Source of the DNA: Isurus oxyrinchus
Lineage: Eukaryota
Length of the DNA stretch: 64,000 bases
Direction: 5' to 3'
NCBI GenBank assembly: GCA_026770705.1
Contig: JANJGN010000019.1
Span: 79,732,001-79,796,000, forward strand
Under the pieces are notes generated by a model. It saw nothing but the letters and a program-made list of their open reading frames with translations. It was not told the DNA's origin and did not search any database. Both the position numbers and the translations under genes were made by a program. This document shows positions 63,047 to 64,000 of this stretch, in pieces. Position 1 is the stretch's first letter, and every line of letters starts with the position of its first letter.

Positions 63047-64000
63047 TAAAACAAAAACAGAATTACCTGGAAAAACTCAGCAGGTCTGGCAGCATCGGCG
63101 GAGAAGAAAAAAGTTAACGTTTCGAGTCCTCATGACCCTTCAAGAGAACTGAGTAAAAATAGGAGAGGGGTGAAATATAAGCTGGTTTGGGGGTGGTGGT
63201 GGTGGGGGGGGGGGGGGGGTGGTGGTTGTAGGGACAAGCAAGCTGTGATAGGAGCAGATAATCAAAAGATGTCACAGACAAAAGAACAAAGAGGTGTTGA
63301 AGGTAGTGATATTATCTAAAAGAATGTGCTAATTAAGAATGGATGGCAGGACACACAAGGTACATCTCTAGTGGGGGTGGGGTGGAAAGACTAACAGGGC
63401 ATACAAGATATAGATTTAAAAATAATGGAAATAGGTGTGAAAAGAAAAATCTATATAAATTATTGGAAAAAACAAAAGGGGGAAGAAACGGAAAGGGGGT
63501 GGGGAGTTCAAGATCTAAAGTTGTTGAATTCAATATTCAGTCCAGAAGGCTGTAAAGTGCCTAGTTGGAAGATGAGGTGCTGTTCCTCCAGTTTGTGTTT
63601 GTTTCACTGGAACAATGCAGCAAGCCGAGGACAGATATGTGGGCAAGAGAGCAGGGTGGAGTGTTAAAATGGCAAGCCACAAGGAGGTTTGGGTCTTTCT
63701 TGCGGACAGACCACAGGTGTTCTGCAAAGCGGTTACCCAGTTTGCGTTTGGTCTCTCCAATGTAGAGGAGATCGCATTGGGAGCAACGTATGCAGTAGAC
63801 TAAGTTGGGGGAAATGTGTTTGCATGCGGAGGTGCCTTAGGTGGGGAGTGAGGAGTAGGGGGTGATGGAGGAGTGGACCAGGGTGTCCCGGAGGGAACGA
63901 TCCCTACAGAATGCCACCAGGGGAGTGAAGGGAAGATGTGTTTGGTGGTGGCATCATGCTGGATTTGGCGGAAATGCGGAGGATGATCCTTTGAATGCGG
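63047..64000 (-). mobile_element. Neptune-type PLE copy F, 3' part running off the window end
   Basis: Homologous to 21920-23000; GIY-YIG remnants, internal deletion near 63817, mutated hammerhead CUCUUGA at 63112-63150. Confidence 0.92.

Overview
Vertebrate genomic DNA, most likely a cartilaginous fish (inferred from the repeat repertoire and the divergence of the gene). The only host gene is the zinc transporter SLC39A9 (ZIP9). Coding exons 2-7 lie on the + strand at 30807-49970 with GT-AG junctions and consistent phases. Exon 1 was not found, so the first ~30.8 kb is probably intron 1. The rest is dense in transposons. The dominant family is a Neptune-type Penelope-like retroelement (RT + Cys linker + GIY-YIG): one near full-length copy with a tandem pseudo-LTR, three copies with inverted segments, two more 3' fragments, and several terminal fragments carrying minimal hammerhead ribozyme motifs, which in the youngest copies have an unusual CUGUNGA core. 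Also present are two other decayed PLE families, RTE, L2, CR1 and Tx1/L1 LINE fragments, two LTRs with 4-bp TSDs (one retaining a tRNA-Pro PBS), hAT and Harbinger-type MITEs, tRNA/Deu-type SINEs and a 54-bp minisatellite. Most short ORFs in the track are alternative-frame artefacts of these repeats. Boundaries of decayed repeats are approximate.
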